From Babesia bigemina (lineage: Eukaryota), in NCBI RefSeq assembly GCF_000981445.1, contig NW_012237372.1:1-41654 (forward strand): 41,654 bases of DNA, read 5' to 3'. This document shows, one piece after another, positions 10,913 through 21,267 of this stretch. The first letter of the stretch is position 1, and every line of letters begins with the position of its first letter. Below the pieces are notes generated by a model. The model saw nothing but the letters and a program-made list of their open reading frames with translations. It did no database searches and had not been told where the DNA came from. Made by a program: the position numbers and the translations under genes.

Positions 10913-13900
10913 TCACGGTTGCAGGTACGATATCTTGGCAAGCCTTCCGACTTGCGCCGCCGCCAACAATGACTGCGCCGTTATCTTGTGCGACGACGGT
11001 ACCCTCAGGTGTGACCTAATGTGGAGCACATCCAGTCTGCCAACCATTACGCAGATGAGGTAGAAGAGGGACAGCGACCAGAGTGCGACATTGAGCCAGA
11101 TGAAGGGCTGCCTGATGGTGAATAGGAAATCCGGAAGTTTTTTAAAAACCAAATCGGCAAGTACGTGCCCGCGGTTTTCTTCTTTGTTGAGTACCCTTTC
11201 TAGGGCCTTGCAGAGATCTTTGCAGGATCGTTTCGTCGCATTGTTATACGATCCGCTGAGATCCGATGCACTTCCATAATAGAAGCCATATTTGAATAAG
11301 TTGGGAAGCGATGATTGGCATTGTACTATTGATTTGCAGGCCTCATCGTGATTGAGAGCTGGGCTTTCAGTGGTAGAAACAACGGCACGGCAATTCTTAA
11401 CGCACGTCTGCTGCTGACATCTGGACTTTGGTGAGCCACACCTGCTCTTGCAATCGTCAAGCAGTTTAGAGAGCAGATCATAGAACGTCTCCGTCAGGTA
11501 TACAATCCACGACAGATATTTGTCAGCGTGTTCCTTTGAATACATGTTACAAATGTCTCCGCAGAGAGGTTGGAGGTATGATCCGCACGTGCCGACGGGG
11601 TCCAGTGCTGCTTTCTCACCGTTGCATTTGACAAGCATGAACAGGTCTCCTTTGACGTGAGTCGTTGACGTGCCTGTATGCGCAGTGCTCTCGAACAGTG
11701 GAGAGATGTCCAACTCTGTACTGGAATCCCCGAAGTTCGCATCTTGAACGGCATTTCTATAAGCATCTTCCCTGTGCTCCTTGCGATTTTTGTCCTGCTG
11801 CTCCCATCTATTGAGGAACCCGTAATAGAACCCGAACATCTCACCGAGTGTTTTCGGCGCACTGAGAATAGCACAATTCAATAGACTGCACATCTTTGCT
11901 AGAGGAGACATCTGATTGCCGCAGAAGCCAGCAAGCACATCCGCGATGCGGTGACCTGTTTGAGTGACGGAAGCAACGTGACTGATGTCGGCAAAGCCCA
12001 TCGGCGTGATACACTGTATGCCGGCATGAGACTTAACGTTGCACTCCAGTTTGCCTTTTTCATATTTGATTTGATGAGGTAAGAAACCCTGGAGGCCGTC
12101 TTCCAAAAACGACTGAAGTGGCGATTTTACTCCGCACTTAGGGTGTAACTTACAGTTTTGGTTCCTCTTTTGGTCAGCTATTTGCTTGCACGTTTGGTCA
12201 GCACATTGGTTGGTATTGCACCGCCATGACGAGCCGCCGACGTCTCTACCGTACTCACATTCCAGCCAACCGCTCAGCGAAGTGCCGTACTGACACTGTT
12301 GGAATAGGAAGTGCAGCTGAAGGTACACGCGATTTACAATCTCACGCAACATACACAATAACGTGTCCATATTACCGGGATACATGAACCCGTCGTAGTT
12401 GGTATTGAACTCACAAGCGTAGATGCCATCGGCGTGACCATTGCCAAGCAGACAGGTGAGCACGTCCTGGGAGTAGTGGCAGACATCAATAAGTACATCT
12501 CTTAGTTGGCGAGTTGTGACGTCATACGGGTACGCCGACAGAGACGCGGGCTTCTCATCTATAATAGGGATGTCACCAGTCGTAGCTGCAGCTTCCGTCT
12601 CCTTTTTGTCTTTCTCAAACAGCACATCGAAGCCGTTGAGTGTCAGGTCGTTGTAGACGGTACTGGAAGTGAGGCCGCACAGCCACTTGAGCATGTCAAA
12701 TACGGTGCACGGATATTTCCTCGCGGCGAAATGCGGTAGATGACATACGCTGTAGTAAGCGTGGAGGTGGTCGACGAGCTGCTTCAGGATGCCATACTGC
12801 TTTGCACTGGCTGCGTCGTCTGTCTGCGGTTGTCTATGCAAAACGGCATCGTCAAGATCTTCTTTGGTGACAAGCTTATATTTGGTAGTCCCTTGTGTTG
12901 GTATTTCTGCATCCAACTTCTTGTGAATATGCCCGCCCCTGCACTTCACCGTATTCCGCAGCTCCCCGTTATGCTTGTTCGGGCCTGAGCAGACAGTGTA
13001 ACCGCAGCGCTGGAAAAACCTTCCGAGTGGATTGGTGATTGTATTACCGTGTTGCGCAGCTTCGGTTAGCGAAATAGTTTTGTGCTCCCAGGCAGCTTTA
13101 CTCGAGCAGTTTTGCCGAAGCTCATGCAGACCGTCGAAGAGCATTTGCAAGCAACTGAAAAAAACTTTACCGCACTTCAACGCTTCTCCAGTAGGCTCGT
13201 TTTCTCCAGTCTTAGACCCCTCAACGTTCTTCAACCACTCAATGGTTTTCCCCGAGTACCTGCTGACGTACTGCTTCGCGAGCTCCCCGTGGAACGCCCG
13301 GACGCCGGCCTTGACGACGTTGAGCAGCGGGGAGGCGTCGGCGAATGAGGAGGGGGTGAGGGTGTCGAGCGCGGATTGGAGTTCGGCGAGGCGAGAGGAG
13401 ACGTCGGCGTGGAAGTGGCGTTGGGTGTTCATTGTGGACAGGAGGGCGGAGAGGGCGTCGGCGAGGGGGGTGAGGCGGTCGGGGGAGAGGTCGGTGAGGT
13501 GAGATAATGCTGCTAAGAAATTTGCGAAGAAGTTCTTCACTCTGTTAGAGTAAGCGTCGAAAGATGTACCGGAAGTGTGAAGTAGCGTCGTTATGACGGT
13601 AAACGTTTTCATGAGCCCTTTGAGGCCTGCTTTAGCATCATCATCAATAATTTTTTGAAGCATCGGAATTTGAGTTCCAACGCACTTCTGAACCATTTTT
13701 AATTCGGATTTTTTCTGTGCGTCAAACATTTCTTGAACGTTGTATTCCAAATCAGCGAATGCCTGAGTTACCTGCTTTTGTAGGTGAGTCTGCAGAGCTG
13801 GCAGAGCAAACTTTACGAAGCTTCGGGTACTACTTACGGAGCTTTCTAGAGTGTCAATAACCTTATTGAACGCCTTTTCGGCTGATTCAACGAGTGGCAT

Positions 13901-16732
13901 AATGTGCTCAATGGCCTTTTGTATTTTCGTTATCTCAGCTTTCAGGTTGTCCATGGTTTCATCAGCCTCGCCGCTTTTGCTGGTGACATATGCTGGAAGT
14001 TGATTCAACAGATCAAGCTGTTTTCCTATTAAAGAAACAGCAGTAGTCAGAGACGTGTTCGCCTCTTCAAACTGCTCCATAATAGTCTTGACGTCAATGG
14101 TATCATTGCTACTTTGTGTATTGAAACATTTCACGGCTTCTTCAATAGCTGTATCCGCGGCGTCTTTGATACGGTCCCTAGCTTCTTCATCGAACATAGA
14201 TATGGAGTCGTTAAGGTTGTCAACAGCTGCGATTAACGCGTCGAGTTTGCTTTGTACATCTGCTTCCGTTGATTTTGCAGTCTTTGACGATGATCGTAAC
14301 TCAGTGAGCTTCGCTTCGAAATCTTTGAATTGAATCTGAAAATCATCAGGGCTCTGGTCATTCAAAGGATTTTTAATTCTTTTAATTTCTATATCAATTT
14401 TACCATAGATGCCGACGTTGTTCATAGCAACTCCCTCACCATTGATATTCTTGCGAAGGTTTTCGGCATAATCTTCTGTCCCCTTTTTAGCTGCAGCTTC
14501 AAGGAGATCTTCCAGCTGTGTACTTTTAGCCGCTTCAATTTTCATATTGATCTGCTCAGATATTGCGGATTTCATGGATTCTAGGAGTTCCGACGATTTG
14601 GAGAGTGGGTGGGTTTTCCATTGCGCATTAGCTTCATGGAGACTTTTCAAACATATTTCTAGATAATGAACAACTTTGTTGGATGATTGCAGTTTTGCTT
14701 GCTGAATTAGTGTTTGCAGCTGATTGCCGCTTGATTTCAATGTTGCTATAAGTTTATCCAATCCGTCATGTGAGCCGTTACTAGGATAATTCGTTGCAGC
14801 ATTTACACCCGCCTGCAACGCATTCTTCAACTCCTCCACATACGCATTTACCACTTTGTTTATTTCAACGTAGAGTAAATCAACATGGCTCTTCAACTTC
14901 CCATCCTTAAGATTCTTAAACTCCGCGTTCACCGAATTCTTCACTGTCGTGTGGATGTTCTTGAGCGTCGCCAGCTGCTCTTCGATTCGTTCCGCCAACC
15001 GACTTAGCTGAATCTTAACGTTGCCCATGCTAACGTCGGTGGCCTGCCGCGTTAACGTATTGAATTTTGGTTTAAACGTTAGATGGTATGTAGTCTTAAG
15101 ATTATTAGATGGCCCAGAAGCTGCTAGGTACGCCGCATCCAGCCTACTTTTCTGTTTTTGAAGTTTCTCAAAAGCTTTCTGAACAAGAATATTTTTAATA
15201 GGTTCGCTGTGTACAGTGTCGGCCAGTGTTTCAATCTTATTCTTCAAACTCTCCAACCCATGGCGAACGTTCTCCTCCAAGCCGGCTACCCCGCTCTTGA
15301 GCTTCTCAAACTCAGCAGACAGCGGGGTGCTATTATCCGTAAACTTCTCAATCTCCGTTTTTATATTCGCAAACTTCAGACCAAAGCCTTTCTTATAATT
15401 CTCAAACCCATTATCTCCCTTATCACCAACCAATTTTTCACCCAACTGCTCTGCCGTCCGAATGGCCCTTTTAATTGCACCAACGTGATAATCTTTATCG
15501 TGCCTGAGACTGCTGATATTTCGACCTATCTCGGCAAAATTACCATTCAATGACACGTGCAATTCCTGTATATTCTTTTCAATTCCTTGGTTAACGTTTT
15601 GCGGAAGGTCTGCCAGCTTAGCCTTAACCGCCCCGACAGTACGCTTCACGCTCTCATCATTTACGGTTGCTTCGAAATTCTCAACTACCATTTTTACTAA
15701 CTCCATTCCGGGTGACAATTTATTTTTTAGGTTTTCATCGATGCCATCCAACGCCGATTCTAAGTCCAATAGATCACCAACGTAGTCACCTGCAATGCCT
15801 TGCCAGTTCTCCAATTGCTCTGTAACCGGCTTGTCTTCCATTGATGCCGTTAAATGGCCTTTTATTCTTAATTGCAGATATTCTAATGGCCTTGTTACCG
15901 CTTTATTTTTCCCCTCCACCCCCCTCACCCATTCCCTAATCCCCTGACTGACAAAGGCAATACTACTATCAAAATGCGTTTTTCTATTATATTTAGCGAG
16001 TTCAATGCTATTTAATATTGTTTGTAAATTGCCATTATAAATAGTTAAATTTGTATCTTTTTTTACGTCAGTGATTATACTAAGCAAAAATCCCATCACC
16101 CCGTCACACAGCCTGTCAAGGTCAGAGTAGACAATCCCACTGCCATCGTAGCCTTTGGAGTCAGGGTTGAAGCCGAGGAAGGTTTCGAGGCCGGAACATA
16201 AATGCGTTAAAATATTATTATTATTAGTTTTATCAAGTTCTTCAGCAAATTTCTTAAGCTTCTCAACAATTTCTCTCTGCTGCCTCACTTCCTCCAATCC
16301 CTTCTGCCTCTCCTCCTCAGGGAGGTAATGGGTCTTAGCACAGTCATTTTTAGCATCTTCGGCTTTTTTGATTTGAGATTTTAGGGCAGCAATTTCTTTC
16401 TTTTTAGAGTCTTCAGATTGCGTAGATTCAGACTGTTTAGTTTTAAGTTCATTTTTAGCTTTTTCAATTTCAGCATCCTGCTTCTTACAACAGGGCTGGA
16501 CAGAGGGGTCAGAAGAGGAGGAGTCAGAAGGTTTATCAGTAGGTTTTCCACGGCAAAGAAGCTTGGATTCGCGTTCATCAAGGGACTTATTAGCGTTACC
16601 TATAGCCTCCTCAATCAACTTATTCAAAGCTTGAGACAACTGGTCAAGACCTTCATCACCTTGACCATTCCCATACCTAAGCTGGATCAACCAGTCGATG
16701 GACTCAGTCAGAAGGGAAGCGAAGGGTGACAA
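10913..16732 (-). CDS. ves: ves-like gene D, ~1940-codon open frame with AKISYLQP tail and no in-frame 5' ATG (possibly a silent cassette)
   Basis: ESIDWLIQ N-terminal motif, GIVYSDLDRLCDGVMGFL, Cys-rich C-terminal domain, TM (FIWLNVALWSLSLFYLICVMVG). The start at 16732 is TTG; leader ATG 16766 is out of frame and stops at 16704-16706; first in-frame ATG is at 16096. Confidence 0.88.
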   Translation of the reverse strand: MSPFASLLTESIDWLIQLRYGNGQGDEGLDQLSQALNKLIEEAIGNANKSLDERESKLLCRGKPTDKPSDSSSSDPSVQPCCKKQDAEIEKAKNELKTKQSESTQSEDSKKKEIAALKSQIKKAEDAKNDCAKTHYLPEEERQKGLEEVRQQREIVEKLKKFAEELDKTNNNNILTHLCSGLETFLGFNPDSKGYDGSGIVYSDLDRLCDGVMGFLLSIITDVKKDTNLTIYNGNLQTILNSIELAKYNRKTHFDSSIAFVSQGIREWVRGVEGKNKAVTRPLEYLQLRIKGHLTASMEDKPVTEQLENWQGIAGDYVGDLLDLESALDGIDENLKNKLSPGMELVKMVVENFEATVNDESVKRTVGAVKAKLADLPQNVNQGIEKNIQELHVSLNGNFAEIGRNISSLRHDKDYHVGAIKRAIRTAEQLGEKLVGDKGDNGFENYKKGFGLKFANIKTEIEKFTDNSTPLSAEFEKLKSGVAGLEENVRHGLESLKNKIETLADTVHSEPIKNILVQKAFEKLQKQKSRLDAAYLAASGPSNNLKTTYHLTFKPKFNTLTRQATDVSMGNVKIQLSRLAERIEEQLATLKNIHTTVKNSVNAEFKNLKDGKLKSHVDLLYVEINKVVNAYVEELKNALQAGVNAATNYPSNGSHDGLDKLIATLKSSGNQLQTLIQQAKLQSSNKVVHYLEICLKSLHEANAQWKTHPLSKSSELLESMKSAISEQINMKIEAAKSTQLEDLLEAAAKKGTEDYAENLRKNINGEGVAMNNVGIYGKIDIEIKRIKNPLNDQSPDDFQIQFKDFEAKLTELRSSSKTAKSTEADVQSKLDALIAAVDNLNDSISMFDEEARDRIKDAADTAIEEAVKCFNTQSSNDTIDVKTIMEQFEEANTSLTTAVSLIGKQLDLLNQLPAYVTSKSGEADETMDNLKAEITKIQKAIEHIMPLVESAEKAFNKVIDTLESSVSSTRSFVKFALPALQTHLQKQVTQAFADLEYNVQEMFDAQKKSELKMVQKCVGTQIPMLQKIIDDDAKAGLKGLMKTFTVITTLLHTSGTSFDAYSNRVKNFFANFLAALSHLTDLSPDRLTPLADALSALLSTMNTQRHFHADVSSRLAELQSALDTLTPSSFADASPLLNVVKAGVRAFHGELAKQYVSRYSGKTIEWLKNVEGSKTGENEPTGEALKCGKVFFSCLQMLFDGLHELRQNCSSKAAWEHKTISLTEAAQHGNTITNPLGRFFQRCGYTVCSGPNKHNGELRNTVKCRGGHIHKKLDAEIPTQGTTKYKLVTKEDLDDAVLHRQPQTDDAASAKQYGILKQLVDHLHAYYSVCHLPHFAARKYPCTVFDMLKWLCGLTSSTVYNDLTLNGFDVLFEKDKKETEAAATTGDIPIIDEKPASLSAYPYDVTTRQLRDVLIDVCHYSQDVLTCLLGNGHADGIYACEFNTNYDGFMYPGNMDTLLCMLREIVNRVYLQLHFLFQQCQYGTSLSGWLECEYGRDVGGSSWRCNTNQCADQTCKQIADQKRNQNCKLHPKCGVKSPLQSFLEDGLQGFLPHQIKYEKGKLECNVKSHAGIQCITPMGFADISHVASVTQTGHRIADVLAGFCGNQMSPLAKMCSLLNCAILSAPKTLGEMFGFYYGFLNRWEQQDKNRKEHREDAYRNAVQDANFGDSSTELDISPLFESTAHTGTSTTHVKGDLFMLVKCNGEKAALDPVGTCGSYLQPLCGDICNMYSKEHADKYLSWIVYLTETFYDLLSKLLDDCKSRCGSPKSRCQQQTCVKNCRAVVSTTESPALNHDEACKSIVQCQSSLPNLFKYGFYYGSASDLSGSYNNATKRSCKDLCKALERVLNKEENRGHVLADLVFKKLPDFLFTIRQPFIWLNVALWSLSLFYLICVMVGRLDVLHIRSHLRVPSSHKITAQSLLAAAQVGRLAKISYLQP

Positions 16733-16910
16733 GGCACAAGTTATAAGGATGGTTTAAAGAGGACATAGCGGTAATATGGCGAAATAATTCGAAGGATGTA
16801 GAGTGGACAAAGGGGCGATGTAGAGTGGGTAAAGGGGCGATGTAGAGTGGGTTAAGGAGCGATGTAGAGGAGGTGAAGGGGCGATGTAGAGTGGGTAAAG
16901 GAGCGATGTA
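16085..16910. repeat. ~826-bp block apparently identical to 32768-33593
   Basis: Identical translations of the first ~216 codons of D and B, with matching leader and first 22-mer units; constant offset of 16683 bp. Confidence 0.9.
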
Positions 16911-18124
16911 GAGTGGGTTAAGGGGCGATGTGGAGTGGATAGAGGGCCGATGTAGAGTGGATAAAGGAGCGATGTAGAGTGGATAAGGAGCGATGTAGAG
17001 TGGATAAGGGGGCGATGTAGAGTGGATAAAGGGGCGATGTAGAGTGGGTTAGGGAGCGATGTAGAGTGGGTTAAGGGGCGATGTAGAGTGGGTTAGGGAG
17101 CGATGTAGAGTGGATAAAGGGGCGATGTAGAGTGGGTTAGGGAGCGATGTAGAGTGGATTAGGGAGCGATGTAGGGTGGGTTAGGGAGCGATGTAGAGTG
17201 GGTTAGGGAGCGATGTAGAGTGGATAAAGGGGCGATGTGGAGTGGGTTAAGGAGCGATATAGAGTAAGTTAGGGAGCGATGTGGAGTGGGTTAAGGAGCG
17301 ATATAGAGTGGATAAAGGGGCGATGTAGAGTGGGTTAGGGAGCGATGAAGAGTGGGTTAGGGAGCGATGTAGAGTGGATAAGGGGCGATGTAGAGTGGGT
17401 TAGGGAGCGATGTAGGGTGGGTTAAGGGGCGATGAAGGGTGGATAAAGGAGCGATGTAGAGTGGATAAAGGAGCGATGTAGAGTGGATAAAGGGGCGATG
17501 TAGAGTGGATAAAGGGGCGATGTAGAGTGGGTTAGGGAGCGATGTAGAGTGGATAAAGGGGCGATGTGCAGTGGATAGAGGAGCGATGTAGAGTGGATAA
17601 GGGGCGATGTAGAGTGGGTTAAGGGGCGATGTGGAGTGGATAAAGGGGCGATGTGGAGTGGGTTAGGGAGCGATGTGGAGTGGGTAAAGGAGCGATGTAG
17701 AGTGGATTAAGGAGCGATGTGTAGTGGGTAAAGGAGCGATGTGTAGTGGGTAAAGGAGCGATGTAGAGTGGGTAAAGGGGCGATGTAGAGTGGATAAGGG
17801 GCGATGTAGAGTGGGTTAAGGAGCGATGTAGAGTGGGTAAGGGAGCGATGTAGAGTGGATTAGGGAGCGATGTAGAGTGGATAAGGGGCGATGTAGAGTG
17901 GGTTAGGGAGCGATGTGGAGTGGATAAAGGAGCGATGTAGGGTGGAGTAAGGGGCGATGTGGAGTGGGTTAGGGAGCGATGTAGAGTGGGTTAGGGAGCG
18001 ATGTAGAGTGGGTTAGGAAGCGATGTAGAGTGGGTTAGGAAGCGATGTGGAGTGGATAAGGGAGCGATGTGGAGTGGATTAGGGAGCGATGTAGAGTGGA
18101 TAAAGGGGCGATGTAGAGTGGGTT
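16796..18124. repeat. 22-bp G-rich minisatellite, ~60 units
   Basis: Direct tandem repeat. Confidence 0.97.
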
Positions 18125-18144
18125 ATAATCACCACTTTGGTCAC

Positions 18145-18330
18145 CATGTCATCGCTGCCGTGACCATCAACTGTCATCGCTGCCGTGACCATGACATCGC
18201 TGCCGTAACCATGTCATCGCTGCCGTGACCATGTCATCGCTGCCGTAACCATGTCATCGCTGCCGTAACCATGTCATCGCTGCCGTAACCATGTCATCGC
18301 TGCCGTAACCATGTCATCGCTGCCGTGTCC
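18145..18330. repeat. 20-bp minisatellite, ~9 units
   Basis: Direct tandem repeat. Confidence 0.95.
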
Positions 18331-18337
18331 ACTAACT

Positions 18338-18550
18338 TGGTCAGGTGGTTGGTCAGCACATAGGTCAGCACCTTGGTCAGCACTCTGGTCAGCACATTGG
18401 TCAGCACTTAGGTCAGCACTTAGGTCATGGCATTGGTCAGCACATTTGTCAACACGTTGGTCACCACGTTGGTCAACACTTTGGTCAACACATTGGTTAG
18501 CACTTTGGTCAACACATTGGTCACCAGTTTGGGCTGGTGGTTGGTCACCT
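18338..18550. repeat. 12-bp minisatellite, ~17 units
   Basis: Direct tandem repeat. Confidence 0.93.
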
Positions 18551-18670
18551 CGCTGCTCATGTAATTGGTCATCAACGCAATCATTACTGTCTAGCACATT
18601 AGATGCCAGTTGCCAGTTAGGTGATCAGTGGGATTTGGATTACGATGTTTGCGTCAACAAATTGCTGATC

Positions 18671-18853
18671 TCAGCTGTAAAACGCGATGCAGAAGGGTAT
18701 CTTGCGTACGAGGAAATCGCGGATGTTGCGGCCCACCGGGAAGCGGAAGATGCACAGGTCCAGCAAGATGATGGCGACGATGATGGCAACGATGACGGCG
18801 GCGATGGCGGCAACGATGACGGCGGCGATGGTTTCGGGGGAAGGGAAAGATGG
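18671..18853 (-). pseudogene. Orphan TM-tail segment (CIAFYS type) with a 24-bp internal duplication
   Basis: Reads *PSFPSPETIAAVIVAAIAAVIVAIIVAIILLDLCIFRFPVGRNIRDFLVRKIPFCIAFYS*; no ATG, and an in-frame TGA immediately upstream (18854-18856). Confidence 0.85.
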
Positions 18854-18938
18854 TCACCTCACTGCTCATTTGATTGATCAACGCAATCATTACTTTGTCT
18901 AGAACGTTAGATGTCAGTTGCCAGTTAGGTTATTGTTA

Positions 18939-19370
18939 TTAGCTGCGCAGTAGATACCGCACCCTGTGGAACGGCCGGATGCGGAAGTAGATCATGACGC
19001 AGACGACGACGATGATGAGGGCGACCGGGACGATGATGATGGGGAGGAGAAGGGAAGGAAATGATGATGAGTCGTCGGTGTGAGGGGACACAAGCAGTTG
19101 ACGGGAAGCGGCGGGGCGTTTATTTAAACAACATTGACATTCGCAAGTGGGCTCCTTGCCCTTACATCTGATATCGCATACAGAAGGCTCGCAAGTATAA
19201 TTCGATTTCAATTGAACATTGTGTACATAGTGCAAGTAACATGGAGTACAAGGGTAATCACTAGGATTACAATTCTCACAACACCAGAAACAACAATCGC
19301 ACTTCTTATACGGTATACATTTGTTAACTGTACATTTACACGTTCTATCATCACCATCATAACCGTCCAT
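18939..19370 (-). CDS. Small Cys-rich single-TM protein 2 (143 aa, 18 Cys in the N-terminal domain, different TM tail)
   Basis: True ATG at 19370 in the same GGAAGATGG context as paralog 1; shared CxCCxWCCxxC, NYxC and TCECxCCLxKRP motifs; TM LLLPIIIVPVALIIVVVCVMIYF followed by RIRPFHRVRYLLRS. Confidence 0.82.
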   Translation of the reverse strand: MDGYDGDDRTCKCTVNKCIPYKKCDCCFWCCENCNPSDYPCTPCYLHYVHNVQLKSNYTCEPSVCDIRCKGKEPTCECQCCLNKRPAASRQLLVSPHTDDSSSFPSLLLPIIIVPVALIIVVVCVMIYFRIRPFHRVRYLLRS

Positions 19371-19382
19371 CTTCCCCTTCCC

Positions 19383-20450
19383 CTCCCAGTCCCCTCAACC
19401 TGCAAACATCAATCACCTAAGCAACGCACTCACCAACTGCAACACGTACCACTGCCGCTACCAGTCCCTCAGCCTGCGAACATATCAGTCACTCAAGCAG
19501 CACTCACCAACTGCAACACGTACCACTGCCGCTCCCACTCCACTCAACCTGCGAACATGTCAATCACCTAGCAACGCACTCACCAACTGCAACACGTGCC
19601 ACTGCCGCTCCCAGTCCTCTCAACCTGCAAACATATCAGTCACCTAGCAAGCACTCACCAACTGCAACGCTACCACTGCCGCTCCCAGTCCCCCCAGCCT
19701 GCTAGCATATCAATCACCTAGCAACGCACTCACCAATTACAACACGTACCACTGCCGCTACCAGTCCCCTCAACCTGCAAACATATCAATCACTCAAGCA
19801 GCACTCACCAATTGCAACACGTACCACTGCCGCTCCCACTCCCCTCAACCTGCTAACATATCAATCACTCAAGCAACGCACTCACCAACTGCAACACGTG
19901 ACACTGCCGCTCCACTCCCCTCAACCTGCAAACATATCAATCACTAACCAACGCACTCACCAACTGCAACACGTACCACTGCCGCTCCCACTCCCCTCAA
20001 CCTGCAACTATATCAATCACTCAAGCAGCACTCACCAACTGCAACACGTACCACTGCCGCTCCCAGTCCCCTCAACCTGCAGACATATCAATCACCTAGC
20101 AACGCACTCACCAACTGCAACACGTAACACTGCCGCGCCCAGTCCCCTCAGCCTGCAAGCATATCAATCACCTAGCAAGCACTCACCAACTGCGACACGT
20201 AACACTGCCGTTCACACTCCCCTCAGCCTGCTAACATATCAATCACTAAGCAACGCACTCACCAACTGCAACACGTACCACTGCCGCTCCCAGTCCCCTC
20301 AACCTGCAAACATATCAATCACCTAAGCAGCACTCACCAACAGCAACACTACCACTGCCGCTCCCAGTCCCCTCAACCAGCTAACATCAATCACTCAAGC
20401 AGCACTCACCAACTGCAACACTACCACTGCCGCTCTCACTCCCCTCATCA
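19383..20450 (-). repeat. ~75-bp tandem repeat, ~14 units, each with a putative mini-intron (5' leader of Cys-rich gene 2)
   Basis: Measured unit lengths 74-76 bp (starts 19621, 19695, 19771, 19846); the intron closest to the gene is 19400-19433 (34 nt). Confidence 0.82.
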
Positions 20451-20955
20451 ACACCTCCCCTCACCCCTGTATCCCCCCAGCCCAGGCCGCCGACACCCAC
20501 GCTGCCCGGGATACCACAGATGCCCTGACGCGACGCATGTGATCGGCACCAACTGTCACTCTAAATTATTCATTATTCGCAACGCCATAAAAATTGCAGC
20601 GAACCCCGTGCGCTCAACTCCCACAGTGCAGCAGCACCGTGCTACCAGCCGCGGTATCGGCGCCATGCTGGCGGAGCGTGTCGGCTAGGTGCCCAAATGT
20701 GATATTAACGATGGCTACATCGCTGCATATAAATGCCATTTAACCAGGCCAACTCGGATTACGCCACCGTGCCAGTGACTCGCAACACACGACTTAGGTC
20801 ACCCGCCGCGGCGCTCACGGACGCCTACGTTAGCAACCAATCACCCAGCCTCACGTGACACTGACTCAATGGGCAACGCGGACACCTCTCACAGTCAACG
20901 CACAACTCAACTCACCAGACAATCAACGTGCTACAACACCTACTAAATTACGGTT
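20450..20955. promoter_or_regulatory. Conserved ~500-bp spacer, putative promoter of Cys-rich gene 2
   Basis: Paralogous to 9750-10245. Confidence 0.55.
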
Positions 20956-20962
20956 CATCCGC

Positions 20963-21267
20963 CAGCTTCGCACTTTGCCTTGATGCCAGCTTATCACTTT
21001 GCCTGGGTGCCAGCTTAACACTTTGCCTGGCTGCCAGCTTAACACTTTGCCTGGTTGCTAGGTCAACACGTTGCCTGGGTGCCAGCTTAGCACTTTGCCT
21101 GCGTGCTTGCTTAGCACTTTGCCTGGTTGCTACCTTACCACTTTGCCTGGGTGCTAGCTTACCACGTTGCCTGGGTGCTAGCTTAGCACTTTGCCTGGTT
21201 GCCAGCTTTGCACTCTGCCTGGTTGCTAGCTTACCACTTTGCCTGGGTGCTAGGTCATCACGTTGCA
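20963..21267. repeat. 24-bp minisatellite, ~12-13 units
   Basis: Same unit as 10249-10767. Confidence 0.94.
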
